Assembly: GCA_002030045.1 (NCBI GenBank)
Contig: LQBI01000002.1
Location: 136,676 to 200,675 of the forward strand
Direction of reading: 5' to 3'
Source of the DNA: Candidatus Aegiribacteria sp. MLS_C
Lineage (GTDB): Bacteria > Fermentibacterota > Fermentibacteria > Fermentibacterales > JCC-6
DNA length: 64,000 nucleotides
The notes beneath the pieces were generated by a model that saw only the letters and a list, made by a program, of their open reading frames with translations, was not told the DNA's origin and did no database searches. Each line of letters opens with the position of its first letter. Position 1 is the first letter of the stretch. Shown in pieces: positions 55,670 through 64,000 of this stretch. Position numbers and translations under genes: made by a program.

Positions 55670-58603
55670 TTGATGCCGGAGGGCATTCATGAGATAATTG
55701 TCCACAGTTGGACCACCCGAAACGAAGACTGGACCATGGCATTCAGGACCTTATACGAAGGCCATTACAGGGCGCTGGAGAAGGACTTCCGCAGCTTGCT
55801 GGCCGGATTCGATCCCTTCGAGGACCACCTCCTGACAGTGGTGTCCGCCGGCTCGGTCCAGCTTGAAAGGCTGATGCAGCTGGTGCTGGATGAGAGGCCC
55901 TCGGGAGTGGCGTCCGGCATGAGGTTCCTTCCGGGCATTACACACCTTGCCCGCAGTCTCAGTCCCCTTCCATTGCCGCCGGAGAGCGTAAGTCCCGCCG
56001 ACAGGATGCTGTACTCCCTGGCAGCCATGGCGACGCTGGGTCCGGAAGAGCCTTTCCACCTGCTCAGGGACAACACGGAGACGGCCCGTTCACTGGGAGA
56101 TTTCTTTGAGGAGCTGTACGAGCACGGCATAACCCCCGAACTCTACAGGGTCACGCTGATGTCTCTCTCTCGGCAGGAGACGGCGACGGAGCGGACCATA
56201 GGACGGCTGTTCGACCTCTATGGACAATACCGTGCCCCGGGTCATTCCGCCTGCACCGACATGGTCCTGGAGGGAGAGCCGGTTCTCCGCGGGGACGAGA
56301 GAATCATCTTCTACGGTTTCTACGACCTCAACCCCGGGCAGCGAAGATTCCTAAAAAATGTCTTCGGACTTGCCGGGGACGTCTACTGGTTCAGTCCCGC
56401 CGTGGAGGGTTCCAGATGGGACCCGGTATACAGGAGGACAAGGAAACTCCTGGACGAGTCCGGAGCACTCTCGGCGGTTCGATCGGACATGGACACGGCA
56501 ATGAACGATTTCGCCGGGTTCCTCGAAACCCTGGCGGGCACCGGCAGGACACCTGTTCCCCCCGAGGGGTTCCGCATTACTGCGGTGGCAGGCGAGATGG
56601 GAGCCTGCAGGACCGCTCTCAGGCGGGTGCGGGAACTGGAGCAGGAGGGCGTGCCCCTGTCACGGATAGCCGTGTCAAGGAGGAAGGGCGAGGGAGACTG
56701 TCTTGTCCGAATGGCCGTACACGAGGGAGTGCCGGTGGATGAACCTCTGAAGGCCGGTCTTATACAGATGCCCGAAGCGGGTTTCCTGATGGACCTGCTG
56801 CATGCCGTTTCCAGCGAGCTTCACAGGACGGGGCTGGAAAGGCTTGTATCCCGGGACCTCTTCAGGGATGAGCTGCGCACAGGTCCCGCCCGAATTTCCG
56901 ACATCTGCATGGAATCGGGCATCAGGAGGGGCTTCGACGCATGGAGGGAATGGTACCGCGGCCATGATGGAGACCGTGGCGCTCCGCAGCTTCTCAGGGC
57001 CCTTGACTCTCTCCATTCGCGGTTTCCCCCTGCGGCTGCGCCGGCGGTCTTCCTGGAGATACTCGAAGGATTCGTGGAGGAGCATTCTGTCCTGGACAGC
57101 CAGGGGAAGCTGTGGGGCAGCCTTTTCGGGATCGACGGGTTCAGGTCTACGGACCCGGTGACCCTGGACCAGTTCACCTCAGCGCTGCGCATGCAGTACA
57201 GGTCGGCGGAGGTTGAGCTTCGGCCGGCGGACCCGGAGGGGTTCAGGGTACTGACCCCCGAGAGCCTGAGGGGAGGGCTCTACAGCGGCGTGATAATCAT
57301 GGACATGGAGGAGGGGGTCTATCCCAGGTCCCAGGTGGAGGACCCCAGGTTGGGGGAGGAGCTGCGCTCCAGGCTACAGCTGGCCCTGAGGTCGCAGAGG
57401 GAGGAGGAGGATGCTTTCCTCCTCAGACAGGTCGGCGAGGCGGCGGACAGCACCCTGGACATCCTCTACCGTGAACAGTCCGAGGAAGGCGCCGAGATAT
57501 CCCCGTCGCCCTTCATAGCGCCTCTGATAGCTTCTGGACGCGGTTCCGGCCAGGGCGGAAGGTGGTTCTCCAGGGAATCCTCCTCGCCTGCGGTCCAGCT
57601 CCTGGGCGGGACTCATCCGGGGCAGAGATCGGCCTTGGGGGCCCTTGCGGGAAGGATGCCCCGGGGGGAGGCCGCGGTGAGTTCGCTGCAGGCGGAGACC
57701 TCGAGGATGGACCTTTCCGGATTCGACCGCTGGGACGGAATACTGGGCCGGGGGTTCCCGGCGCCGGTCAGTTACAGTCCCACGCTGCTAGAACAGTTCG
57801 CCAGGTGCCCCTTCGCCTTCATGGCGTCGAGGGTCTGGGGACTGGACCGGAGGGAGCCCGTCGAGGTGGGCAGCACACCGGACCCCGCAGCGAGGGGAGA
57901 AGTGGTGCACGAGGCCGTGGAGAGGGCGGTGGAGGTCTACGGGTTCTCACCGAGTCCCGGTGGGATGAGGGAGATCATGGAATCCGCCGCGCGAAGAAGG
58001 GCCCTGGAATCCCGGCTGGGTACCGGGTACCTGTTCGACCTCTTCGTGGAGAGGGAGACCCGGGCTGCTGTCTCCAGCCTCCAGGCGATGGCGGGAAGAG
58101 GATGGAGGTTCCTGAACAGCGAGGTCCGTCTGGAGGGAAGCCTGGGGGATATCCCGATATCCGGCAGGGTGGACCTGCTGCTGGAGGACCTAGAGGGTAG
58201 GATCGCGCTCATCGACCTCAAGACCGGCAGGCTCCCCTCCTCCTCCGACATCAGGAAGGGACTCTTCTACCAGCTTCCCTTCTACTACCTGCTGGCCCGG
58301 AGCGCTTACCCCGACCGGGAGATCGGGACGCTGGCCTACGCCTCGGTATCCGAAAGAACGCCTGGAAAGCTGGAGGAGTGGACCCCGGCCATGCTGGACG
58401 GGATCATGGACGATGTTACGGAAGGGGCATGCACACTGGTGCGCATGATCGGGGAGGGTCTCTTCCCTCCGGCGCCGACCTCGCGCTGCGAAGGCTGTGC
58501 GTTCAGGGACCTCTGCCGTCTGACGCCCTCGGAGAGGATAAGGCTGAAAGTGCAGTCCGATGAGAGGATGGGGTTCTTCAGAGAGAGGCTTGGGATCAGA
58601 TGA
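55670..58603 (+). CDS. addB: AddB-like helicase-nuclease subunit (inactivated helicase N-region, C-terminal PD-(D/E)XK nuclease with an Fe-S Cys cluster)
   Basis: C-terminal FARCPFAF...HEAVE...VDLLLED.GRIALIDLKTG nuclease motif and CEGCAFRDLC cysteines. Walker A absent. 4-nt overlap with addA. Confidence 0.7.
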   Translation: MMPEGIHEIIVHSWTTRNEDWTMAFRTLYEGHYRALEKDFRSLLAGFDPFEDHLLTVVSAGSVQLERLMQLVLDERPSGVASGMRFLPGITHLARSLSPLPLPPESVSPADRMLYSLAAMATLGPEEPFHLLRDNTETARSLGDFFEELYEHGITPELYRVTLMSLSRQETATERTIGRLFDLYGQYRAPGHSACTDMVLEGEPVLRGDERIIFYGFYDLNPGQRRFLKNVFGLAGDVYWFSPAVEGSRWDPVYRRTRKLLDESGALSAVRSDMDTAMNDFAGFLETLAGTGRTPVPPEGFRITAVAGEMGACRTALRRVRELEQEGVPLSRIAVSRRKGEGDCLVRMAVHEGVPVDEPLKAGLIQMPEAGFLMDLLHAVSSELHRTGLERLVSRDLFRDELRTGPARISDICMESGIRRGFDAWREWYRGHDGDRGAPQLLRALDSLHSRFPPAAAPAVFLEILEGFVEEHSVLDSQGKLWGSLFGIDGFRSTDPVTLDQFTSALRMQYRSAEVELRPADPEGFRVLTPESLRGGLYSGVIIMDMEEGVYPRSQVEDPRLGEELRSRLQLALRSQREEEDAFLLRQVGEAADSTLDILYREQSEEGAEISPSPFIAPLIASGRGSGQGGRWFSRESSSPAVQLLGGTHPGQRSALGALAGRMPRGEAAVSSLQAETSRMDLSGFDRWDGILGRGFPAPVSYSPTLLEQFARCPFAFMASRVWGLDRREPVEVGSTPDPAARGEVVHEAVERAVEVYGFSPSPGGMREIMESAARRRALESRLGTGYLFDLFVERETRAAVSSLQAMAGRGWRFLNSEVRLEGSLGDIPISGRVDLLLEDLEGRIALIDLKTGRLPSSSDIRKGLFYQLPFYYLLARSAYPDREIGTLAYASVSERTPGKLEEWTPAMLDGIMDDVTEGACTLVRMIGEGLFPPAPTSRCEGCAFRDLCRLTPSERIRLKVQSDERMGFFRERLGIR

Positions 58604-61600
58604 GCTTCGGCCGGCCTCCTGACCGCAGGATCAGGGACGCCATCCTGACGGAGACGGAGCGGAACGTCACGGTGCACGCGGGTGCCGGCACGGGCAAGAC
58701 CACCCTCATGGTGGAGAGGGTGGTGGAGCTGGTGAAGTCCGGAGTGCCGGTTGACAGGCTTGCGGTGGTGACCTTCACCGATGCCGCCGCAGCGGAGCTG
58801 CGCCTTCGGATCAGGCAGCGCCTGAGGGAGGAGAGCGATGGGGGGTCGGCCCGGTGCCGCACGGCACTGGGAGGCATAGGTTCCGCCTGGATCTCCACCA
58901 TCCACGGTTTCGCCTCCAGGGTGCTGAGGGAGTACTTCAACCTGACGGGTGTCGATCCCTCCTTCACCACCACCGAGACACACTTCACGCCTTCTGACCT
59001 GGACAGGGAGTGGGACGCATGGCTGATGGACCTGGTTCCCGGACCGGAGGAACTGGAGGTGATGGGGGAGACAGGGACCGGGACGCAGAAGGGCATTGCC
59101 CTGGGGATCGAGCAGAGACGCTGGCTCAGTTCGGTGGACCATACCGGAGACGAGGAGACCGTCAGGGAGCTGGTTGAGGAATTCATGGCCGTTCACGGCC
59201 CCAGGGTGGAAAAGGTCCTTTCCCTCTGTTCAGATCCCGGTGACAAGCTCTTCGCGAGGGGTGTGGAGTTCCTGGAGGGACTGGAATGCCTTGCGGGTCA
59301 GCTCCCCCTGCCCGATCCCGTCCTGATAGACTCCATCGGCAGGATGGTGCACCTGGGATGCGGCTCCGCCGCCGCCTGGGAGGACCTGGACCTTGCGAAA
59401 TCAGTGCTGGGGGAAGCCAGGGACAGGTTCCGGGAGATGGCGGTCGTCCTCGGTTCCGGCAGGCTGACCCGCCTGACCTGGAAGGTCGCCGGGGTCTTCG
59501 CGGAAGAGCTGACCGGGAAATGGGACGCCGACAGGAGCAGGCTCTCCTACGACGACCTGCTGCACTTCGCCCTCAGGGCCGTGGCCGGAGACGGTAGGCT
59601 GGCGGGGCTGCTGGCGGGCAGGTTCGACCACGTCCTCATCGACGAGTTCCAGGACACCAGCCGCGAGCAGACGGAGCTCTTCCTCGCCTTCATGCAGGAA
59701 GGAGGCGGGATCCCCGGAGGAAGGATGACCATCGTAGCAGACGACAAGCAGTCCATCTACGGCTGGCGGAATGCCGACATCGAGACGTACAACCGGTTCA
59801 GGCGCGGGCTGGAGGAGGGTGGAGCCCTCTCGGCAAGCATCACCACCAACTTCAGGAGCACCGTAAGCATAGTCAGGTTCATCAACAGCTTCGGCCGCGT
59901 GCTCTTCTCGGACAGGAGGCCGGAGGAGGAGCCCTTCTCCTGCGATTACTCACCCATCGAGGCAAGACCCGGCGCTCCGGAAGGGGATGCGGTCAGGGTC
60001 CTCAGACTGCCCTCCCTGCCCGAGGGGTCATCGAAGAACCGGAGCGAAAGGTCATGGCTCGCTTCGGTACAGGCGGACTGGTTCGCAGGCGAGGTACTGC
60101 GGGGACTGGGAACGGGAGGGAGGCCGGAGGACTACGCCCTGCTCCTCAGGGCAGGGACACACACCCACGCGTTCGTGGATGCTCTGGAGAGGGCGGGGAT
60201 ACCCTACCGCGTCGGCGCGGCCAGGGACTTCCTCAGGAGACAGGAGATCGCGGACCTCAGGGAGATGGTAAGGTGTCTCCTTTATCCCGGTGACCGGATG
60301 GCCTGGGTCCATACCCTCAGATCGCTCTTCTTCGGGATTCCCGACGACCAGGTGACCGAAGCCCTCCGATCCGGCGCCGATGGCTACCTGTCAGCGACGG
60401 GCGGGCAGGGAACCGCCGTTTTCAGTGCAAACGCGGCCCTCAGAAGCCTGAGAAATGCCATCCTCGCGCTCCCGCTGGGGGATTTCCTGACGGAACTCCT
60501 CTACACCTCTCCGATGGTCCCGGTCATCTGCGCAACCGGGCATCAGGTCAGCCGCAGGCTGGGGAACATCCAGCACCTCCTGGAACTCGTGGTGTCCGGA
60601 GTCGTCCATTCGCCCATGGAACTGCTGGAACTGCTGGACGAGAGGCTCTCCCCCAGGAAACCCGAGGAACCTCCGAGGGTCCCTGTGGAGGGCGGAGCGG
60701 TGACCCTCACCACCATACACTCGGCCAAGGGCCTGGACTGGAAGCACGTGGTGCTGGCATCGATGCCGGTCAGGAGGAAGGGCACTTCGGGCGCCGTGAT
60801 ATCCTACGACCACGGCCGCATGGCGGCCTTCGACTTCGGCATCTGCTCCGGTAACGGGGAAGGCTGCAGGGTCCGCTCTCCCTACTGGCCGCAGATAGTG
60901 GGGATCGAGAAGGCCAGGGAGCTGGCAGAGAGCCGCAGGCTGGTCTACGTGGCGGTCACCAGGGCAAGGGAGACGCTGACCATCCTGGCTGAGCCCGTGG
61001 AGAAGGGCGGCGACAGCGACGCCGCAATACTGTGGAGCGGTCTGGAACGCGCCCTGGAGGAGGATCCGGGTTGCATGGTCATCGAGGACCTGGTCCCGGA
61101 GGAGACCTCCGCTCCAGTCGTCCCCGCACCGGGAAGGACGCCCCCCTCGGGCGGGGCTGCCATCGAGACTCCCGGAGAGGAGCTTTTCCCCGTGGACCCC
61201 TCGCCTTCAGGCTGGCGGAGCAGGGGCGCCGAACTGGGAGACCTGGTGCACCGGGTCATGGAGAAGATGGACTTCGGCGATCCCGGGGGATGGCTCGAGA
61301 GGAACGGTGCAGGGCTGCGGGAACTCTGCGGGCCCGATCTCGACAGGGTCCGCGGGTTCTGTCTCTCCTTCTTCCGGATGGAGCTTCCCTTCGACCTGGC
61401 CGGGAGCAGAATACTCGGCCGGGAGTATCCCTACATCGTATCGACCCCGGCAGGACCCCGGCAGAGGTACGTCGATCTCCTCCTCAGGACGCCGGATGGG
61501 GTGCTGACAGTCGTGGACTACAAGACCGACGACCTGGACCTGCCGGGATCGGAGGAGGTCGTGGCCGGTTACATGGAGACCCAGCGCGGTTACGTCAGTG

Positions 61601-61680
61601 ACCTGGACCGGGCCTTCGGGGAGGAGGTCCGGGGCTATCTGGTCTTCCTTAGACATTGCCGCGCCATGGAAGTCCGGTGA
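58600..61680 (+). CDS. addA: UvrD/PcrA-type helicase-nuclease AddA
   Basis: Helicase motifs I (AGAGTGKTT), II (DEFQDTS) and VI (YVAVTRARE), plus a C-terminal PD-(D/E)XK motif (VDLLLRTPDGVLTVVDYKTD). Confidence 0.85.
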   Translation: MSFGRPPDRRIRDAILTETERNVTVHAGAGTGKTTLMVERVVELVKSGVPVDRLAVVTFTDAAAAELRLRIRQRLREESDGGSARCRTALGGIGSAWISTIHGFASRVLREYFNLTGVDPSFTTTETHFTPSDLDREWDAWLMDLVPGPEELEVMGETGTGTQKGIALGIEQRRWLSSVDHTGDEETVRELVEEFMAVHGPRVEKVLSLCSDPGDKLFARGVEFLEGLECLAGQLPLPDPVLIDSIGRMVHLGCGSAAAWEDLDLAKSVLGEARDRFREMAVVLGSGRLTRLTWKVAGVFAEELTGKWDADRSRLSYDDLLHFALRAVAGDGRLAGLLAGRFDHVLIDEFQDTSREQTELFLAFMQEGGGIPGGRMTIVADDKQSIYGWRNADIETYNRFRRGLEEGGALSASITTNFRSTVSIVRFINSFGRVLFSDRRPEEEPFSCDYSPIEARPGAPEGDAVRVLRLPSLPEGSSKNRSERSWLASVQADWFAGEVLRGLGTGGRPEDYALLLRAGTHTHAFVDALERAGIPYRVGAARDFLRRQEIADLREMVRCLLYPGDRMAWVHTLRSLFFGIPDDQVTEALRSGADGYLSATGGQGTAVFSANAALRSLRNAILALPLGDFLTELLYTSPMVPVICATGHQVSRRLGNIQHLLELVVSGVVHSPMELLELLDERLSPRKPEEPPRVPVEGGAVTLTTIHSAKGLDWKHVVLASMPVRRKGTSGAVISYDHGRMAAFDFGICSGNGEGCRVRSPYWPQIVGIEKARELAESRRLVYVAVTRARETLTILAEPVEKGGDSDAAILWSGLERALEEDPGCMVIEDLVPEETSAPVVPAPGRTPPSGGAAIETPGEELFPVDPSPSGWRSRGAELGDLVHRVMEKMDFGDPGGWLERNGAGLRELCGPDLDRVRGFCLSFFRMELPFDLAGSRILGREYPYIVSTPAGPRQRYVDLLLRTPDGVLTVVDYKTDDLDLPGSEEVVAGYMETQRGYVSDLDRAFGEEVRGYLVFLRHCRAMEVR

Positions 61681-61757
61681 ACGCCAGGAGGCATTGACAA
61701 GACCGCCCGTTATTGGTTAATTGGGAAAGTGAGAGTTCATTACTAACCGACAGGAGG

Positions 61758-61994
61758 ATGGACATGAAGATTGCTGTTGTTCTTTCGTTCCTGGCCCTGT
61801 GCTCTCTGACGGCCCAGCCCGCCACCGTGCTTGTATACAACGACACCTACGGGGGCTACGGTGACGCGGTCATCACCGCCATAGGGAACGTATGGCCCGG
61901 TGCGACGGTGGACGCCTATACCGGGGGTGAAGCGGGACAGATCGCCTTCAACGCCTCGCTAAACATGCGGAAGTTACGACGTAGTGATAATTGA
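61758..61994 (+). CDS. Hypothetical secreted protein, N-terminal fragment (probably the 5' part of a gene split by a frameshift)
   Basis: Signal peptide MKIAVVLSFLALCSLTA. GGAGGA Shine-Dalgarno. The frame ends at 61994 while a second frame opens at 61963. Confidence 0.35.
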   Translation: MDMKIAVVLSFLALCSLTAQPATVLVYNDTYGGYGDAVITAIGNVWPGATVDAYTGGEAGQIAFNASLNMRKLRRSDN

Positions 61995-62484
61995 AGCCTG
62001 GTACTACGATACCGACGACCTCTACTGGGGCGGCGTAAACGACCTCTACGACACAGGCGGTGCCGTCATCTTCGCTTCAAGCTGGGAATGGGAGAACGGA
62101 ACCAGCGGACAGCTCGCCCTGGCCAACGCCATGGGAGTATCATCCACTGCACCCGACTTCAACTGGAGCCCTCACTACGTCTGGGATGCGGGGCACCCCA
62201 TCGTCCAGGGCATAACCGACTGGAGCCAGTCGGATCCCGGCATCAACATCAAGAATACCTGGATGACTGTATCCGACGCCGTTCCGGTTACCGGATGGAA
62301 CGCCTCGCCCACCCCCGGCCAGGCGGGCATCTGCGTGGCGAATGACGGAGTAAGCGTCATATCAGGCTACACTCCCGGGTACGCCAACGACGGAGTGAAC
62401 ATCTGGGAGAACATCCTGGGGTTCATGTGGAGCGGGCAGGCCCTTCAGGAATCCACCTGGGGAGCCATCAAGGCCAGCTTCTAG
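61984..62484 (+). CDS. Hypothetical protein, C-terminal part (continues the 61758 frame after a shift near 61960-61990)
   Basis: No independent Shine-Dalgarno. The second frame is open back to 61963, inside the first ORF. Confidence 0.35.
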   Translation: MIIEAWYYDTDDLYWGGVNDLYDTGGAVIFASSWEWENGTSGQLALANAMGVSSTAPDFNWSPHYVWDAGHPIVQGITDWSQSDPGINIKNTWMTVSDAVPVTGWNASPTPGQAGICVANDGVSVISGYTPGYANDGVNIWENILGFMWSGQALQESTWGAIKASF

Positions 62485-62507
62485 AGCCTCTGGGTCCAAC
62501 TGCTGAG

Positions 62508-62541
62508 AAGCCGGGGAGGTTTTCCCCGGCTTCCTTTTTTC
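62508..62541 (+). terminator. Rho-independent terminator agccgggga-ggtttt-ccccggc followed by ttccttttttc
   Basis: Seen directly. Canonical stem-loop plus U-tract. Confidence 0.6.
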
Positions 62542-62553
62542 AAGGGTCCTGCG

Positions 62554-63297
62554 CTAGAGGGAACAGAATGCCGTAGTGCCTCCCCAGCCGTCGGTAAGTG
62601 CTTCGTAATCCCCGGTTGAACCCTCGGTCTTCCAAAGGGTGCCCTCCCATATGGTGTAGACGGACCCACCGATGGCGGCCATCTCGGTGACCCCCTCGTA
62701 ACCGCCGCCCAGGTCCTCGAAGTTCCCTGTGTAGACCTCCACCCTGTACATTGCATCTCCCTGCACCACGTAGAGGTAGTCACCGCTGCCGACCATGGCG
62801 GTGGTCCCGGCGTAGCTGGAGGGAAGCTCGGTGAATTCACCGCTGTACGGGTCGGTACGATAGAGCACGTCGTTCTGCAGTACCATCAGAGCGCCTCCGG
62901 CCCAGGCGAGCAGCTGAGTTCCGTAGTAGTCGCCCGGTATCGCCTCCCAGCTCCCGTCGTAGGGGTCCGCCTGGTAGATGATTCCGTCCTGGCAGGCGTA
63001 GAGGAAATCGTCCCCAGCGGTAAGCGCGCTGGCTCCCTGCCATGAGGAGGAGAGTGATTCCCACTCGCCCGTCTCGGGATCGGCCATATAGAGCATGTCA
63101 CCCTGTATCGCGTAGAGGAAACCGTCGAAGGATGTCAGCATCTCTGTCCCCGTCCATGTGGAGGACAGCTCGGTCCATGATCCATCATCGGGGTCGATGC
63201 TGTAGAGATAGTCTCCGTCGATCGCGTAGAGCCATTCGGCAGAGGCGGCACCGGCCATGGTGACGAGAAGGGCCCCGGTAAGAAGCAGTACCTTCAT
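62554..63297 (-). CDS. Secreted repeat protein with six ~37-aa tandem repeats (likely a 6-bladed beta-propeller)
   Basis: Signal peptide MKVLLLTGALLVTMAGAASA. The repeat unit LYAIxGDxLYxxDPxxGxWxxLxxxxxGxxxLxxxxxx recurs six times. Confidence 0.5.
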   Translation of the reverse strand: MKVLLLTGALLVTMAGAASAEWLYAIDGDYLYSIDPDDGSWTELSSTWTGTEMLTSFDGFLYAIQGDMLYMADPETGEWESLSSSWQGASALTAGDDFLYACQDGIIYQADPYDGSWEAIPGDYYGTQLLAWAGGALMVLQNDVLYRTDPYSGEFTELPSSYAGTTAMVGSGDYLYVVQGDAMYRVEVYTGNFEDLGGGYEGVTEMAAIGGSVYTIWEGTLWKTEGSTGDYEALTDGWGGTTAFCSL

Positions 63298-63338
63298 TTC
63301 TATCCTCTCGTTAAGGGATTGCCGATGCAATCGAGAAT

Positions 63339-64000
63339 TCAGTCAGGTTCCCATCCGTCCAGCAGGGCCAGCATCCACCAGACCGCCCTTCCCTTCTGGC
63401 GGCAGCTGTCGTAGGTGGTGTGACCGGCCTCGTCTCCGCTGAACTCCGGGTGTTCCCGTGGGACTGAGATACCGTTCCATGAATAGGTGGCCTGCTCCCA
63501 CTGCGACGTGGACGGATCCTGCCACCAGGCGTCGAGGTCCGCGAAGTCGAACAGTACCTTCCCGTTGTCCTGGCAGTACTGCCTTACCTGCTGGTTCCTC
63601 TGGTGGCGGTTGTAGCCCTCCTCCCCCTCGGCCTGGGCGTTACCCGTCATGTAGACGAAGGTTACCGAAGGGTACTCCGCCTCAAGCGTGGACATGGAGT
63701 CGAGGTATGCCTGTACCTGCCCCTGGTCGTAGTAGTCCATCTGCGTGCACCAGCACCACATGCACACGTTGATCGACGGGTTGGCGTCCAGAACGGCCCT
63801 GGTCATCTCCATGCCATCGTGGGTCTCCCAGAAGAGTTCCGGGGTGATGTAGGTCTCCGTCAGCTGGCCGTCGAAGATGCACAGTGCACCGGCCTGGACG
63901 GGAAGGTAGGAATAGCCGATCTCCACCTGAAGATCCGGATCGTCGGACTCGAGCAGTTCCAGACCCGCGGTAAGCTGCTCGCCGTGGGAAGTGTGAGCGT
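63339..64000 (-). CDS. Hypothetical protein, 5' end outside the window (the frame is open to position 64000)
   Basis: Frame is open upstream of the tracked GTG at 63926 (...SHGEQLTAGLELLESDDPDLQVEIGYSY...). It contains VCMWCWC and Trp-rich segments. No confident family assignment. Confidence 0.4.
   Translation of the reverse strand, partial: AHTSHGEQLTAGLELLESDDPDLQVEIGYSYLPVQAGALCIFDGQLTETYITPELFWETHDGMEMTRAVLDANPSINVCMWCWCTQMDYYDQGQVQAYLDSMSTLEAEYPSVTFVYMTGNAQAEGEEGYNRHQRNQQVRQYCQDNGKVLFDFADLDAWWQDPSTSQWEQATYSWNGISVPREHPEFSGDEAGHTTYDSCRQKGRAVWWMLALLDGWEPD

Overview
This is a high-GC (roughly 60%) bacterial chromosomal segment with about 60 genes, many of them arranged with 4-nt start/stop overlaps. 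Non-ATG starts (TTG/GTG) appear frequent. Three proteins carry type IX secretion (T9SS) C-terminal sorting domains, which points to a member of the FCB superphylum (Bacteroidota relatives) or a related candidate phylum.

The housekeeping backbone runs as follows: rho (5' partial), rpmE, a DUF1385 protein, prfA, prmC, ispG, glnA, an nth-rnd operon, gltX, sucCD, class I fumarate hydratase alpha/beta, NAD-malic enzyme, sppA, pyk, the queuosine genes queC-queE-queD-folE2 with queF placed separately, corA, and addB-addA.

Accessory envelope and secreted genes are interspersed: OmpA-family and small beta-barrel outer-membrane proteins, three tandem DOMON-like paralogues, a gingipain-like T9SS peptidase, MATE and MFS transporters, and a C39-like peptidase/beta-propeller/T9SS protein translationally coupled to a SagB/ThcOx-type dehydrogenase. 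There is also a GH5 cellulase lipoprotein, a frameshifted ABC exporter next to a PF14907-type nucleotidyltransferase and a flippase-like membrane protein, and PEBP, GYD and P-loop proteins.

One tRNA-Glu(CUC) is present. Immediately beside it sits a perfect 29-bp inverted repeat flanking an AT-rich 134-bp segment, plus a 3x14-bp tandem repeat. There is no CRISPR array, no integrase or transposase, and no clear prophage.

The most system-like candidates are the SagB-dehydrogenase/C39-peptidase secreted pair and the DOMON-paralogue/outer-membrane-barrel/thioredoxin cluster.
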